A stretch of DNA of 64,000 nt from Candidatus Omnitrophota bacterium (GTDB lineage Bacteria > Omnitrophota > Omnitrophia > Omnitrophales > Aquincolibacteriaceae): assembly GCA_016196545.1 (NCBI GenBank), contig JACPXM010000020.1, positions 74,626 through 138,625 on the forward strand. Direction: 5' to 3'. Both the position numbers and the translations under genes were made by a program. Positions 18,822 to 28,239 of the stretch are shown here, piece by piece (within the stretch, counting starts at the first letter, position 1; each line of letters begins with the position of its first letter). Under the pieces are notes generated by a model. That model searched no databases, was not told where the DNA came from, and saw only the letters and a program-made list of their open reading frames with translations.

Positions 18822-18988
18822 CCTCAAACAAACCGGTAGCCAGAAAATCGTTTCAAGTCGATCTGCAGGAAAATCAAAAAGAGAGTTCGCAAATAAAAAC
18901 TGTCTTTGGCCTGACAATAAAGACACTTTTAACCCAGAAAAAATAAAGGTAAAGGCTTAAAATTTAAGTGCCGATTTATCCTTTAGCA

Positions 18989-19004
18989 GTACAATATATA
19001 GCGG
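18989..19004. promoter_or_regulatory. NrdR box 1
   Basis: The core CAATATATAG (18992-19001) matches the NrdR-box core CwAtATaTwG 10/10. It lies 80-95 nt upstream of nrdJ. Confidence 0.6.
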
Positions 19005-19019
19005 GTTAAGAGTCTATGA

Positions 19020-19035
19020 CCTCTATATATGGTAA
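19020..19035. promoter_or_regulatory. NrdR box 2
   Basis: The core CTATATATGG (19023-19032) matches 9/10. It is offset 31 bp from box 1, about three helical turns, the usual tandem NrdR arrangement. Confidence 0.55.
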
Positions 19036-19082
19036 GGTTAAATTAAAGATTTAAAAAGATTAAAGCTTATTCGGAGGCCCCC

Positions 19083-22000
19083 ATGGTTGAAAAAATGGCA
19101 GGACAATCAGACGTTCTATCAAAGCAACTGGAGGAAATAAAAGCGGGGGGTGGGATTTCCATTAAAAGGAAATTCACGCGTTCCGGAATCAATCCTTTAG
19201 AGGAGGTTGAGTACACTCAGAGAACTTCTGTCATTACCAACCCGGATGGCTCCGTGGTTTTTAAAATGGAAAACGTGGAAGTTCCCAAGGCCTGGAGCCA
19301 GCTTGCCACTGATATTATCGTTTCCAAATATTTTCGTAAGGCTGGCGTTCCTGGCACGGGCCATGAAACCAGTGCACGTCAGGTTGTTTACCGCATTGCC
19401 CATTCCATTCGGTTGGCGGGTGAAAATTTTGGCGGTTATTTCAAAAGCGCCGAAGATGCCCAAGCCTTTGAAGATGAACTCCTCCATCTTTTGATTCATC
19501 AAAAATGCGTTTTTAATTCTCCCGTCTGGTTTAATTGCGGCCTTCATCTCTATGGCATTGAAGGAAGCGGGGGCAATTGGCATTGGGACCCTCAAACCGG
19601 GACCCTTCAGCAATCGAAAGATTCTTACTCTCATCCGCAGTGCTCTGCCTGCTTCATTCAATCCGTGGGCGATGATTTGATGTCTATTTTCGATTTGGTC
19701 AAATCCGAGGCCCGTCTTTTTAAATACGGTTCCGGAACCGGGACCAATTTTTCAAAACTTCGCGGGCGCCAGGAAAAACTCTCAGGAGGAGGAACTTCCT
19801 CAGGGCTTATGTCTTTCCTTGAGGTTTTAGACCGGGGAGCGGGCGCCACCAAATCCGGAGGAACCACGCGCCGGGCTGCAAAAATGGTGTGTTTGGATAT
19901 GGATCACCCCGAAATCGTAGACTTCATTAATTGGAAAATACGCGAAGAGAAAAAGGTGAAGGCCTTGATTGATGCCGGCTATCCTTCGGATTTTAACGGG
20001 GAGGCCTATAAAACCGTATCCGGCCAAAATTCCAATAATTCCGTCAGAATTTCTGATGAATTTATGAAGGCTTACTTAGAGGACGGAACTTGGAGCACGC
20101 GGATGCGTACGACGGGGGAAATCTGCGAAACCTTCCGGACCCAGGACCTTATGGATCAAATTGCCCAGGCGGCCTGGGGATGTGCGGATCCGGGGGTTCA
20201 GTTTGATTCCATCATTAATGATTGGCACACCTCGGCCAATACCGACCGCATCAATGCTTCAAACCCCTGTTCGGAATATATGTTTTTGGATGACACCGCT
20301 TGCAATCTGGCTTCGATCAATTTAATGAAGTATTTGAGGCCGGACGGCAGCTTCGATATTGAAGCCTACCGCCACACCATACGCATTTTTATCGCTGCAA
20401 TGGAAATTATTGTGGATTTTGCCTCCTATCCCACCGAAAAAATTACCCAAAATAGTCATGACTACCGGCCGCTCGGTCTGGGTTACGCAAATCTCGGTAC
20501 GCTTTTAATGGTCAATAGTATTCCCTATGATAGTCCCGAGGCCTTGGCCATGGCAGGAGCCCTCACGGCGATTATGACGGGCCATGCCTTTAAAACCTCT
20601 GCAGAAATCGCGGGCACAAAAGGGCCTTTTCCGGGATATCCGAAAAATCAAAGCTCCATGCTCCGTGTCATCGGAAAACACCGCGATGCCGCTTACAAAA
20701 TCTCCGAAAAATATTGTCCGGCGGATTGTCTTGAGGCCGCACGCGAGGATTGGGATTTGGCCCTTGAAGCCGGAAGGCGATACGGCTATCGAAATGCCCA
20801 GGCTTCTGTGATTGCGCCCACGGGGACTATCGGATTACTCATGGATTGCGACACGACGGGCATTGAGCCGGATTTCGCGCTTGTGAAATTCAAAAAACTA
20901 GCGGGAGGCGGTTATTTCAAAATCGTGAATCAATCGGTTCCCGCAGCGCTTGAGAAACTCGGTTATTCTGAGACCGAAATTCGCGACATCATTGAATATA
21001 TTTGCGGTACCTCCCGACTTGAGGGAACACCCTGGATCAATCACGAAACCCTGCGACAAAAGGGTCTCAGCGCTGAGGACCTCGTCAAGGTGGAGGCGCT
21101 TTTACCCGCGGCCTTTGATTTGTCTTTCCCCTTTACGAAATGGACGCTCGGGGAAGAAACGCTTAAACGGCTCGGCCTTAAACCCGAAATCTATAACAAA
21201 CCAGGCTTTAATTTGCTTGAGGTGCTAGGATTTTCCAAAGCGGAAATTGAAGAAGCTAATAACATTATTTGCGGCATGATGACCATTGAAGGTGCCCCCC
21301 ATCTAAAGTCCGAGCATTTGCCGGTTTTTGATTGTGCTAATAAATGCGGTCATTACGGAAAACGTTTTATTGAGCCCATGGCCCATATCCGCATGATGGC
21401 CGCAGCCCAGCCGTTTATTTCCGGGGCCATTTCAAAGACCGTAAATCTTCCGCATGAAATTTCTGTGGATGAAATCAAAAATATCTATGTGGAATCCTGG
21501 AAAATGGGCTTAAAGGCTGTGGCGCTTTACCGCGATGGATGCAAACTTTCACAGCCCCTCAACACGAAATCCAAGGACTCTGAAAAACCTGCGGCGTCTA
21601 ACGAGGCAGGGACAAAGCACGCTTCCTCCGCACAGGTGTCGCCTCCGCCTCCGGCCCTCAGCCGCAAACGGCTTCCCAAAAAACGCCGCGGCATTACCGT
21701 CGAAGCGCGTGTCGGGGGCCAGAAAGTGTATCTTCGCACCGGCGAATACAACAATGCAACGCTGGGCGAGATTTTTATTGATATTCACAAGGAAGGCGCC
21801 GCATTCCGGTCCATTATGAACTGTTTCGCAATCGCGGTTTCCCTCGGCCTTCAATACGGTGTACCCCTTGAGGAATTCGTGAATGTATTTACCTTCACGC
21901 GTTTTGAGCCTCAAGGCGCGGTGGACCATCCCAATGTAAAATTTGCCAACTCCATTGTCGATTATATTTTCCGTGTCCTCGGCATGGAATATTTGGGACG

Positions 22001-22355
22001 CACGGATTTTGTGCAGGTACAGCCCGCCCCGGAAGAATTAGAAATTCATAAAAAGGCCTCTCCTTTACCCTCAAAGACGGAAGAAATCACTGCTGGCGGG
22101 GTCTCCATTGTGAATGAATCACCGGTCGTAAAAAAATCCCCGGACGATTCCGGCAACGGACACGGCAAAAACCGCCTTGCCATTGATATCGATACGCCTC
22201 AAGAAATGTATGCGGGTAAGGCGGACTCACTCGATGAACATCTTTCCCACATGATGGGCGATGCCCCTTTTTGCTCAAGCTGCGGCCATGTAACGGTCAG
22301 AAATGGCGCCTGCTACAAGTGCTTGAATTGCGGCAATAGCATGGGATGTTCGTAA
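19083..22355 (+). CDS. nrdJ: adenosylcobalamin-dependent ribonucleoside-diphosphate/triphosphate reductase (class II)
   Basis: 'NPCSEYMFLDDTACNLASINL', 'APTGTIGLLMDCDTTGIEP', 'ISKTVNLP'. Pro/Lys-rich linker and C-terminal Cys4 ribbon 'CSSCGHVTVRNGACYKCLNCG'. ATG 19095 is an alternative start. Confidence 0.92.
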   Translation: MVEKMAGQSDVLSKQLEEIKAGGGISIKRKFTRSGINPLEEVEYTQRTSVITNPDGSVVFKMENVEVPKAWSQLATDIIVSKYFRKAGVPGTGHETSARQVVYRIAHSIRLAGENFGGYFKSAEDAQAFEDELLHLLIHQKCVFNSPVWFNCGLHLYGIEGSGGNWHWDPQTGTLQQSKDSYSHPQCSACFIQSVGDDLMSIFDLVKSEARLFKYGSGTGTNFSKLRGRQEKLSGGGTSSGLMSFLEVLDRGAGATKSGGTTRRAAKMVCLDMDHPEIVDFINWKIREEKKVKALIDAGYPSDFNGEAYKTVSGQNSNNSVRISDEFMKAYLEDGTWSTRMRTTGEICETFRTQDLMDQIAQAAWGCADPGVQFDSIINDWHTSANTDRINASNPCSEYMFLDDTACNLASINLMKYLRPDGSFDIEAYRHTIRIFIAAMEIIVDFASYPTEKITQNSHDYRPLGLGYANLGTLLMVNSIPYDSPEALAMAGALTAIMTGHAFKTSAEIAGTKGPFPGYPKNQSSMLRVIGKHRDAAYKISEKYCPADCLEAAREDWDLALEAGRRYGYRNAQASVIAPTGTIGLLMDCDTTGIEPDFALVKFKKLAGGGYFKIVNQSVPAALEKLGYSETEIRDIIEYICGTSRLEGTPWINHETLRQKGLSAEDLVKVEALLPAAFDLSFPFTKWTLGEETLKRLGLKPEIYNKPGFNLLEVLGFSKAEIEEANNIICGMMTIEGAPHLKSEHLPVFDCANKCGHYGKRFIEPMAHIRMMAAAQPFISGAISKTVNLPHEISVDEIKNIYVESWKMGLKAVALYRDGCKLSQPLNTKSKDSEKPAASNEAGTKHASSAQVSPPPPALSRKRLPKKRRGITVEARVGGQKVYLRTGEYNNATLGEIFIDIHKEGAAFRSIMNCFAIAVSLGLQYGVPLEEFVNVFTFTRFEPQGAVDHPNVKFANSIVDYIFRVLGMEYLGRTDFVQVQPAPEELEIHKKASPLPSKTEEITAGGVSIVNESPVVKKSPDDSGNGHGKNRLAIDIDTPQEMYAGKADSLDEHLSHMMGDAPFCSSCGHVTVRNGACYKCLNCGNSMGCS

Positions 22356-22547
22356 GCCAAGCGATTTGCCGGTAGCTAAAAAACACCTTTCCTGAATAAT
22401 CTTTTATTTCCTGCAAATTTCTTCTAACAATTTCTATCAATGAATGATGCTTCAATTGTATTTCATCCTCTCAAATGTTAACTTTTAACGATCTTTTATT
22501 CACTTTAAAAAAAGACATTTTCGAAATCCGCCAAAGGGGAAAAATCT

Positions 22548-24656
22548 TTGAGAAAAAAAATCAAAATAGGCTTCCTGATTCTCTGTTTAATGCTTTTTGG
22601 CATTCCGTCAAAAATCAATTATGCGGAGGATACTTCAAATAGCTCGGGTAATCAGGAAGTCCTAACGGAGGAAATACCGGACGACGACTTTATCGAGGAA
22701 ATTGAACCCGAAGAAATCGAAGTGGAAGAAATCTTTCCGGAGGAAATCCTGCCGGAAGTTATTGTACCCCAAGAAATCGTACCCGAAGAAATTGAACCGG
22801 ATGATGACTATTATGAAGAAGACGACTCCATCGAAGAGGAAATCGAAGAAATTTTAATTGAGGAAATAGTGCCAGAAATTACCCCTCCCCAAGAGATCGC
22901 GCCCGAAGAAATTGAACCGGATGATGACTTTCTAGATGACGATGATTTCCTAGGGGACGAAATCGAAGTGGAAGAAATCTTTTCGGAGGAAATCCTGCCG
23001 GAAGTTATTGTACCCGAAGGAATCGTACCCAATCCCGCAAAGACTTCGCCCTCTCTTGAGCCCATTTCTTTATCTCCCCTTCCCCCTCCTCCTACAAGCC
23101 CAACTCCGCCAGTCGCTCCCCCCCTCCCCATGAAAGAAACGGAAAAAGAAGAGACCAAGCCATCCTTAGACGACTTTAAAGAAAAATTAGAAGAGGCCTT
23201 TGTGAAGACCAGTGTCACAGCCTACGCCTCAGGGGGTCCTTGCCAGGGTGATTCCGACTGCTTGATCGATCAAATGATGGGAGTAGAAGAAAAGGGCGGG
23301 GCTAAGATTCATACGGGAAAGGGGTTTTGGATGTTTGTTGCCACAAATGACGGTTCTTCTCAAAAGAAGCCCGCTCATCAGGGTAAGTACATGAAGAATC
23401 ATTCTAAGAATGATAAAGAGAAAAGAAACACTGAAGTGGCTTCGTATGCCGAGGTTCTATCCAAAACGGATACGCGGAATACAGAAAAAAAAGAAGATAA
23501 GGAAAATGAGGAAAGAGGGGATAAAGGGAAAGGAAATGATGAAGAAGAACGGGGAAATCGTGATGAAGCCACAGAATTGGTTGTCGATCAGGTTTTGGAT
23601 AAACTCTTTTCGTTACCCGTTAATCCGGACCCCCTTATCCTTCCTGCGACAAGCGGAGAAACCCCTCTTCTAAAGGGGATGGAGACTCCTCCGGCTTTAA
23701 GGGGCCCCCAACCCCTGCCAAATCTAACGAATGTTTCAGCCATGAGGCCTCTCGTCATGCCCGATGATCATTTGACCAAGGCGATTAAAAAGGTCATGAG
23801 GGATGAACCCCTTGTGAATTTAACGCCGCAACTTACAAAGGTTAAAAGTCCGGAGCTCTTTGTCACGCCTTCCAAAGATGCCCTGGATTATTATGAGCAG
23901 CTTCAAAAACAAGGCATTATGCCTCAATATACTGTTACGGTTGTCGTTGTTTTTGAGGGCGGTGTTTCGACCCAGGCCGTGGGTTCCGATGGAAAAACAT
24001 TGTCCGAGAGCTCTCCGACCACAGTTTTCGTAAAGCCGGGACAAATGGCTCAAGTCGTACCCATTGGCAAGGATACCGTTTCACTCAATAAAGGATATGC
24101 CTATTTGGCGCCTCCGGATTACACATCTTCCAAAATCTCGCCCCCCGTCATTTTGGGCCCCCCGGGATTGGGGCAACTTGTTTCACGGGCGATTACTTTT
24201 ATTGAGGACGCAAAATCGCATGTCCGCCATTCCGGGGAAGAAATCCCTCTAACGTCTCCTCATACGCATGGCGCCCTTGTCTTGAAAGTGCAGGGAATGG
24301 ATGCGACGGCTGTTTTTCCCGGGTCTTCTCTGGCTCAACCGATTACGACTGGAATGCCGCTGCCGGAAAAATCTTCCGTCCATACCGGAAAGGGGAGCAG
24401 GGTTGAGGCTGCGATATTTAGTCATGGGCAGTATATCGGCCGAATCAAGATTGATGAAATGACCCATGTTTTAATTGCAGCAATCGCAGAAGAGGATGCC
24501 GATCAGGATACCACAAAGCTGGTTAATGCACTGGGCAAGACTACCGTGGAATTCGAAAAATCCAAGAACAAATCAAAATTTGTCGTTGAAACCCCCACAG
24601 CATCCGCGGCCGTCCGCGGAACCGTATTTGACGTCATTGTCAGGGCGCAAGACTAG
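22548..24656 (+). CDS. secreted FecR-domain protein with acidic PEEI repeats (module A, paralogue 1)
   Basis: TTG start and signal peptide 'MRKKIKIGFLILCLMLFGIPSKINYA'. Acidic repeats, a Pro-rich tract, and a C-terminal FecR-like domain ending 'FVVETPTASAAVRGTVFDV'. Confidence 0.8.
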   Translation: MRKKIKIGFLILCLMLFGIPSKINYAEDTSNSSGNQEVLTEEIPDDDFIEEIEPEEIEVEEIFPEEILPEVIVPQEIVPEEIEPDDDYYEEDDSIEEEIEEILIEEIVPEITPPQEIAPEEIEPDDDFLDDDDFLGDEIEVEEIFSEEILPEVIVPEGIVPNPAKTSPSLEPISLSPLPPPPTSPTPPVAPPLPMKETEKEETKPSLDDFKEKLEEAFVKTSVTAYASGGPCQGDSDCLIDQMMGVEEKGGAKIHTGKGFWMFVATNDGSSQKKPAHQGKYMKNHSKNDKEKRNTEVASYAEVLSKTDTRNTEKKEDKENEERGDKGKGNDEEERGNRDEATELVVDQVLDKLFSLPVNPDPLILPATSGETPLLKGMETPPALRGPQPLPNLTNVSAMRPLVMPDDHLTKAIKKVMRDEPLVNLTPQLTKVKSPELFVTPSKDALDYYEQLQKQGIMPQYTVTVVVVFEGGVSTQAVGSDGKTLSESSPTTVFVKPGQMAQVVPIGKDTVSLNKGYAYLAPPDYTSSKISPPVILGPPGLGQLVSRAITFIEDAKSHVRHSGEEIPLTSPHTHGALVLKVQGMDATAVFPGSSLAQPITTGMPLPEKSSVHTGKGSRVEAAIFSHGQYIGRIKIDEMTHVLIAAIAEEDADQDTTKLVNALGKTTVEFEKSKNKSKFVVETPTASAAVRGTVFDVIVRAQD
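22640..23030 (+). repeat. nested tandem duplications inside the CDS (acidic E/I/P repeat region)
   Basis: The 72-nt block 22713-22784 recurs at 22959-23030 with a few mismatches. CCCGAAGAAATTGAACCGGATGATGACT occurs at 22782-22809 and 22902-22929. Confidence 0.85.
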
Positions 24657-24854
24657 ATTCAGCAAAATCCCACCCATTCAATCAAATACTCTTTCTAAAT
24701 AATTTTAATAATCATAATCGCTTTATCTATAGCAACTTGTAACAATTAAAGCCCTTAAGATTGTATTTCCCCTCATGGGATGCTACTTTTTAACAGGCGT
24801 CCAAATATCAGAATCAAAAACATCTCGAAGGGACGCCGAGGAGGCAAGATAGAA

Positions 24855-26204
24855 GTGAGAAAACAATTCGCTATTGGCTTACTCGCTTTTGGATTGGGAT
24901 GGATGTCATTTCTTGGGCCCTCCCTCTATCTTGAAGCATCCTCTGAAGAGCCTAACGTCCACGATGATATGGGCGAGAAAGGGGAGGATAAAATATCCGA
25001 GAAAGCCGAGAAAGAAGCCGAACGTGCCGCAGAACATGCCGCCAAAGAGGTTTTGGATAAAGTCCTTGAAAAAATTTCGGAGAAAGCCGCTGAAAGAGTG
25101 ATTGATCTAGCGGTCATTTCTCCGGATACGAATTTATACCTTGGCCATGAGGCGGTGGAGCGAGCCTTAGGACAAATTCCGCATGAATTAAAAGGCCCGG
25201 ATCTGGATTTTCTAGCGGCCTTAAAAACTTCCCCTCAAGTTTCGGAGATCGTGCCGGTGCCTGTGGAGCCGGCCCTGGCATTTATAGAGACAAATATTGT
25301 CAATTATACTGCGATTGAATTATGTCAAAGCTCAGATTGTCTTGTGGATCAATTGATGGGAGTGGATAGGGTGACGAACTCTCTTCCCGTGATGGGTTCT
25401 GAAACCTCTGAAATTCTCGCGACTGAAACTCATCCTGAGCCATCCAATATTTCGGGTCCTATGGATCATGCGATTCGCCAAATTATTAAAGATAAACCCA
25501 CGCCTGTATCCGCTTCTTTAGATGCGGTCCAATATTACGAAACACTTCAGGAAAAAGGGGTGATGCCTCAATACACTCAGACCTCCATTGTGGTTTTCGA
25601 AGGATTGGTTTTGACCAATCCTGTGGATCGCTCCTCTCAGGTATCCGGGTCTGAAGAAAATCTCCAGACAGTTTCTGTAAGGCGGGGAGAAATGGCGCGC
25701 ATTGTGCCAGTGGGCGAGAATGATAATCCAATTAATAAAAATTTAACTTCTTTTGCGGCTTCTGAAATCCTTAAGCGAAGTGAAGAAAAAATAGAGCCTC
25801 CCTCGCCGGATACGCATGGGGCTGTCATTTTAAATGTCCTAGGGGAAGATGCCACTGTGATTTTACCCGGAAACCCATCTGCCGAACCTCTCCAAAAAGG
25901 TATGGAGCTTCCGGAGAAGGCCTCCTTGCAGACGGGAGACGGCACTTCGGTGGAGGCCGCTTTTTTTAATCATGGAAAATATATGGGCCGCGTCCAATTG
26001 GACGAAAGTACCCACATCTTAATTGCAAGTCTTGCGGGCACGAGCCCCCAGCAGGACACCACAAAACTGGTCAGCGCCTTGGGTAAAACGACGATTGAAT
26101 TCGAAAAATCAAAAAACGATTCCCAATTTGTGGTAGAAACTCCGACGGCATCTGCCTCGGTGCGAGGAACGGTCTTTCAAGTCAATGTGAGCGGGGAGGA
26201 ATAG
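24855..26204 (+). CDS. secreted FecR-domain protein (module A, paralogue 2)
   Basis: GTG 24855 lies 10 nt after GAGGAGG and yields signal peptide 'VRKQFAIGLLAFGLGWMSFLG'. The C-terminal half is collinear with the previous protein, ending 'FVVETPTASASVRGTVFQV'. ORF-track start is 24780. Confidence 0.8.
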   Translation: MRKQFAIGLLAFGLGWMSFLGPSLYLEASSEEPNVHDDMGEKGEDKISEKAEKEAERAAEHAAKEVLDKVLEKISEKAAERVIDLAVISPDTNLYLGHEAVERALGQIPHELKGPDLDFLAALKTSPQVSEIVPVPVEPALAFIETNIVNYTAIELCQSSDCLVDQLMGVDRVTNSLPVMGSETSEILATETHPEPSNISGPMDHAIRQIIKDKPTPVSASLDAVQYYETLQEKGVMPQYTQTSIVVFEGLVLTNPVDRSSQVSGSEENLQTVSVRRGEMARIVPVGENDNPINKNLTSFAASEILKRSEEKIEPPSPDTHGAVILNVLGEDATVILPGNPSAEPLQKGMELPEKASLQTGDGTSVEAAFFNHGKYMGRVQLDESTHILIASLAGTSPQQDTTKLVSALGKTTIEFEKSKNDSQFVVETPTASASVRGTVFQVNVSGEE

Positions 26205-26211
26205 CTTCTTC

Positions 26212-28056
26212 ATGTCTTTCCTAGCGAGTCTTCCCAAGGTTCCCGACCCGGTCAAAAAAATCCCCCCGCCGGGCTTCCTCAAACGGGAAGACAATCTCTT
26301 CACACGAAAAAGCCGGGACGTGATATCCCTTTTCCGCAACTTGCCGACGGCCTATCTTTATCAGTTACTCGGAAGCGTGCTCATTCTCATTTTTTATCTG
26401 GGTTTACTTAAAACCTCCTTTTTTGTCCGTTTCGAAAATGTGATTTATGATTCTTTTTTCCGTCTCCGGCCGTCTTTGGCTTCACACCCTTCGGTTGTTT
26501 ATATCCAGATTGCCGAAGACAGCATTCAGGACATAGGTCGATGGCCCTGGCCGCGTCATTATCATGCGGTGATGACTCATATTTTGAGCGAATGGCAAGC
26601 GAAGGCCATTGTTTTTGACATGCTTTTTACCGAACCCAGCACGGAGTTTGATGACGGTGCGTTGGAAGAGGCGATGGCGACTTCCCAATCGCCGGTTTAT
26701 CTTCCCGTCCTTTTGGAAAATCGCAAAGGAGAGGAAGTCTGGGTGCATTCGCTTCCCCGTTTTGAAAGCCACGCCAAGGGCGTGGGCCATGTGAACGGCG
26801 TGCCGGATTCGGATGGTGTGATCCGGAGAATCCATCCCTATTTGCAAAGCGAAAGTGAGATTTTTCCTCATTTGGCTCTGCGGCTGGCCTATGATTATGC
26901 CGGCCTCAAACTTCCCCCAGAAAAAAAGCTGCCTTTCCCGCGGGACAGCGAGGGAAATGTGATGGTCAACTATCCTGGAAAATGGGTCCAAACCTTTAAT
27001 CATATTTCGTATCGGGACCTCCTCAAAAGTTTTCAATTGATACGCGAAGGCAAGCCGCCCATTATTTCACCGGAGGTGATCAAGGGGAAGATTTGCCTTA
27101 TCGGTTTGACGGCAACGGGGCTGTGGGATATCAAAGCAAACCCCATCGAAGCGGTTTATCCCGCCATTGGTGTGAATGGCACCGTCATTCAGAATAGTTT
27201 GCAAAATCAATTTATTTCTCCGGCCAATTACGCGCTTAATGCGATTTGCCTGGCCGTGATTGGGATGGTGGCTATTTTCTGCTTTCATCCGTTTCGTAAT
27301 TTTGTTTCTTTTTTGGCGGGGAGTGCCCTTGCGTTGGGCTGGGGGTTGACGGCCTACTTCTTTTTTGCCTGGCACGGCCGCTGGCTTTATGTTTTTCACC
27401 CCATTCTTTTAATTCTGACGTTATTTATTTTTACAGCCATTTATAATTACACCATCGGAAAAAGAGAACGGACTCACCTTTTCAAACTTGCGACGCGGGA
27501 CGGTTTGACAGGACTTTTTGTGATTCGTTATTTCCGGGAAATCTTAAACAAGGCGGTTCAAGATTCCCACATTCAAAAACAGCCGCTCTCGCTTTTAATT
27601 CTCGATATTGATGATTTTAAAAAAATCAATGATACCTACGGCCACCTCGCGGGCGATAAAGTTCTAAAAGAAGTCTCTCATATCATTCACTCCTGCTCGC
27701 GATCAAAGCGCCCCTTTACCCAAACCGATTATGTAGCGCGCTACGGCGGCGAAGAATTTATGGTCATGCTGCGAGGAGCCGCGATTACCGAGTCAGCCTT
27801 TAAGATTGCAAACCGAATCCGCAAAAAAGTCGAGGATACCGCCATCAAATGGGAGCATCATTCGCTCCGTTTTACGGTGAGCATTGGCATTGCTTCATTG
27901 GGGCCGGAGGAGGCCCTCCCGGATCCCATGGTGTCGCGGGCGGATGAAGCGCTTTACCGGGCCAAACGTGAGGGAAAAAATCGCGTTTGCCTGGAACGTT
28001 TATCACTCCATCCTTTTCCCCATCCTTCTGTTGACCAAATCCCTCCTGCGGCATAA
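26212..28056 (+). CDS. CHASE2-domain diguanylate cyclase (GGDEF)
   Basis: CHASE2 hallmark 'IGRWPWPRHYHAVM', three C-terminal TM helices, and a GGDEF domain with 'RYGGEEF'. Confidence 0.88.
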   Translation: MSFLASLPKVPDPVKKIPPPGFLKREDNLFTRKSRDVISLFRNLPTAYLYQLLGSVLILIFYLGLLKTSFFVRFENVIYDSFFRLRPSLASHPSVVYIQIAEDSIQDIGRWPWPRHYHAVMTHILSEWQAKAIVFDMLFTEPSTEFDDGALEEAMATSQSPVYLPVLLENRKGEEVWVHSLPRFESHAKGVGHVNGVPDSDGVIRRIHPYLQSESEIFPHLALRLAYDYAGLKLPPEKKLPFPRDSEGNVMVNYPGKWVQTFNHISYRDLLKSFQLIREGKPPIISPEVIKGKICLIGLTATGLWDIKANPIEAVYPAIGVNGTVIQNSLQNQFISPANYALNAICLAVIGMVAIFCFHPFRNFVSFLAGSALALGWGLTAYFFFAWHGRWLYVFHPILLILTLFIFTAIYNYTIGKRERTHLFKLATRDGLTGLFVIRYFREILNKAVQDSHIQKQPLSLLILDIDDFKKINDTYGHLAGDKVLKEVSHIIHSCSRSKRPFTQTDYVARYGGEEFMVMLRGAAITESAFKIANRIRKKVEDTAIKWEHHSLRFTVSIGIASLGPEEALPDPMVSRADEALYRAKREGKNRVCLERLSLHPFPHPSVDQIPPAA

Positions 28057-28114
28057 AATTTCAGACAAAAAGCAGAAGACATAAGACCAACTATTGTTTG
28101 TGTCACCTCCCTCC

Positions 28115-28156
28115 CCCCACCCGGTGTGTAAAAGCTTTTTCACACCGGGGGTGGGG
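28115..28156. repeat. CACCCGGTGTG-type hairpin element, copy 1 (terminator-like)
   Basis: CCCCACCCGGTGTG / TAAAAGCTTTTT / CACACCGGGGGTGGGG. The same arms and loop core recur at 58183-58215. Confidence 0.8.
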
Positions 28157-28239
28157 TGTAAACTTCAAAAGACTAAAAGTTGAATTTTCTTCTTTAAGTC
28201 TGTAGTCTGTGGTCTTACGTCTTGAGAAAGAATGGCAGT

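Noticed and set aside
18755-18946. 63-aa ORF in the transporter-nrdJ intergenic region
   Set aside because: It runs straight through an intrinsic terminator hairpin and T8 tract. It has a non-ATG start, no SD and no motif.
26482-27036. 184-aa ORF on the - strand
   Set aside because: It is antisense to the CHASE2 domain region of the diguanylate cyclase gene, so it is a shadow ORF.
28066-28086. Purine-rich string AAAAGCAGAAGACATAAGA resembling the reverse complement of 43258-43280
   Set aside because: The shared exact core is only about 9 nt. A match of that length is expected by chance roughly once in a window this size on two strands.
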